From assembly GCF_001194135.2 (NCBI RefSeq), contig NC_068987.1, forward strand, positions 38,200,417-38,234,625: a stretch of DNA of 34,209 bases, written 5' to 3'. Positions 32,715 through 34,209 of this stretch are shown here, piece by piece. How positions within the stretch are numbered: the first letter of the stretch is position 1; every line of letters starts with the position of its first letter. A program made the translations under genes and the position numbers. A model generated the notes under the pieces. That model was not told the origin of the DNA. It did not search any database and saw nothing but the letters and a program-made list of their open reading frames with translations. Source of the stretch: Octopus bimaculoides (Eukaryota).

Positions 32715-33250
32715 TCACTTCTCTACCACAACATCTTGATTCTCTCTCATATGCTGTCTTCCAATCCAGAACACCTCATGCATCATATGAGCATTTAAGA
32801 GAATCCCTTTCAGTGCATTCATAGTACATCTTGCTCTAGTGCATATGTTAAATGCAAAGGTTACTTTTCCTTTTAATCTGCTTGTGATTCCTCTATACCT
32901 CTTGTGTGTCCAGGGCTTACATTGAATACAACATATGGAGTTTATATCTACTCCTTTTCTGTATATCAAGCTAGAAGATACCAGAGTCCTATCTTTTTCC
33001 TACTTATTAAAACTTTAACATCTGTTAAGTTTAACTTGAGGCCTCTCAATTTTAGTTTTACCTTCCATATCTGAAATTTCCTCACTAATTCCACTATAAA
33101 TTTTGCTATGGGATCTAGATCAAAGCTTGTTGAGTTCCCATGGGAATGCCTTAAACTCCTCTTTAGTTGCCTGTAGGATTATTATGAATAGAAGTGGGCT
33201 GATAACTGAGCTTTGATGAACTACTTTCACACAAACTTCATCACTGAAAT
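32715..33250 (-). mobile_element. RTE LINE relic: RT core plus Cys/His (PHD-like) insertion
   Basis: VHQSSVISPLLFIIILQATKEEFKAFPWEL, then RKGVDINSICCIQCKPWTHKRYRGITSRL...NIC. Confidence 0.85.
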
Positions 33251-34029
33251 CATTATTGATTCTCACTTTACATACTGCATCTTCATATCTAGTTCATAGA
33301 GACCTTACAAGCCATTGGTGTTAATTACAATACCATCAATGTTATATTATTACAATTATTGCAATAATTATTTTATATTAATAGTAATAATTACATTTAT
33401 AGTATTTACAATATTAGTGATAATAGTGTGAAGTATTGATATATTAATAATAAATATATCATTGCTAACAGCAATTTAACATGTGATATGAATAACTATA
33501 ATTTTAGAATACACAACAGTTTGTTCTATGGGTGGTTATTGCTTGCAATGTAACATAGTCTACAAATGCACTGTTTATATCAAGCACCAGAATTTAACTA
33601 AAATATACATTAGAATTCTCTATTAATTCCAAGAGACAATACTTAGCTCATTTTCTAGTACTAAATGCAAATCTTCCACATAAGCAAATTATATCCATCA
33701 TCTCTTGGCTAAGAAAATTTCCTATGAGATTTATGTAGTCTCTTATTAAGACTGGAAGACTTTATCAAGGAAGGCTGCATTGCATGCTATCTGTGCAGTA
33801 GGGAATCTCTGGAAATATTACAGGAGGATTGGAATTTTCTCCTTAAGAGAGATGCAATTACAATTTGTAGTCATTGCTTTTTAAATTATTCACTTTTTAT
33901 TGTAGATCAGTATTCTCCAGTCACCTTAAATAATGTATAATTTAACCTAACATCCTTGTCCTAGCTTCTTATATATCCTTCTCTATATATTTCACCATAA
34001 ATTGAAATTAATCTAATTAGAATTACAAT

Positions 34030-34188
34030 GTAGTGTGGCTGTGGTAAGAAGCTTGCTTCCCAACCACATGGTTCCTGGTTCAGTACCACTGCATGGCACA
34101 TTGGGTAAGTGTCTTCTACTATAGCCTCAGGCCAAAGCCTTGTGAGTGGATTTGGTAGACGGAAACTGAAAGCAGCCTGTTGCATGTG
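34030..34188 (+). mobile_element. tRNA-derived CORE-type SINE, best-preserved copy, followed by (TA)n
   Basis: Head GTGTGGCTGTGGTAAGAAGCTTGCTTCCCAACCACATGGTTCCTGGTTCAGTACCAC, CORE-like CATTGGGTAAGTGTCTTCTACTATAGCC, tail GGATTTGGTAGACGGAAACTGAAAG. Confidence 0.9.
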
Positions 34189-34209
34189 TATATATATATA
34201 TATATATAT

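Overview
AT-rich animal genomic scaffold with two N gaps (6027-6036 and 17664-18346). The SINE, RTE, mariner and piggyBac-like repeats resemble families I recall from Octopus, so the taxon is inferred, not verified. I find no intact protein-coding gene, rRNA, tRNA or CRISPR array. Most of the window is decayed transposable elements: two or three DD34D-type mariner relics, a pogo derivative with intact ends, a Helitron helicase relic with its 3' end, a non-autonomous Helitron with both ends intact, several RTE LINE fragments, probable older CR1/L2-group RT relics, a Gypsy pol relic, a piggyBac-like MITE, many SINEs and microsatellites. Most ORFs in the supplied track are TE fragments, antisense TE frames or microsatellite artefacts. 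A host gene may be present only as small exons: 2124-2175 and 8255-8297 are phase-compatible but unproven. The leads worth following are modest: a 7-unit degenerate array with a palindromic core (9.4-9.8 kb), an isolated 19-bp-stem hairpin, a Helitron with DINE-like subterminal repeats, a templated insertion inside a mariner, inverted SINE pairs, and a short Polinton-ATPase-like motif. I cannot support a new biological system from the sequence alone. Comparisons to family consensus motifs are from memory and need HMM or BLAST confirmation. Boundaries of degraded elements are approximate.
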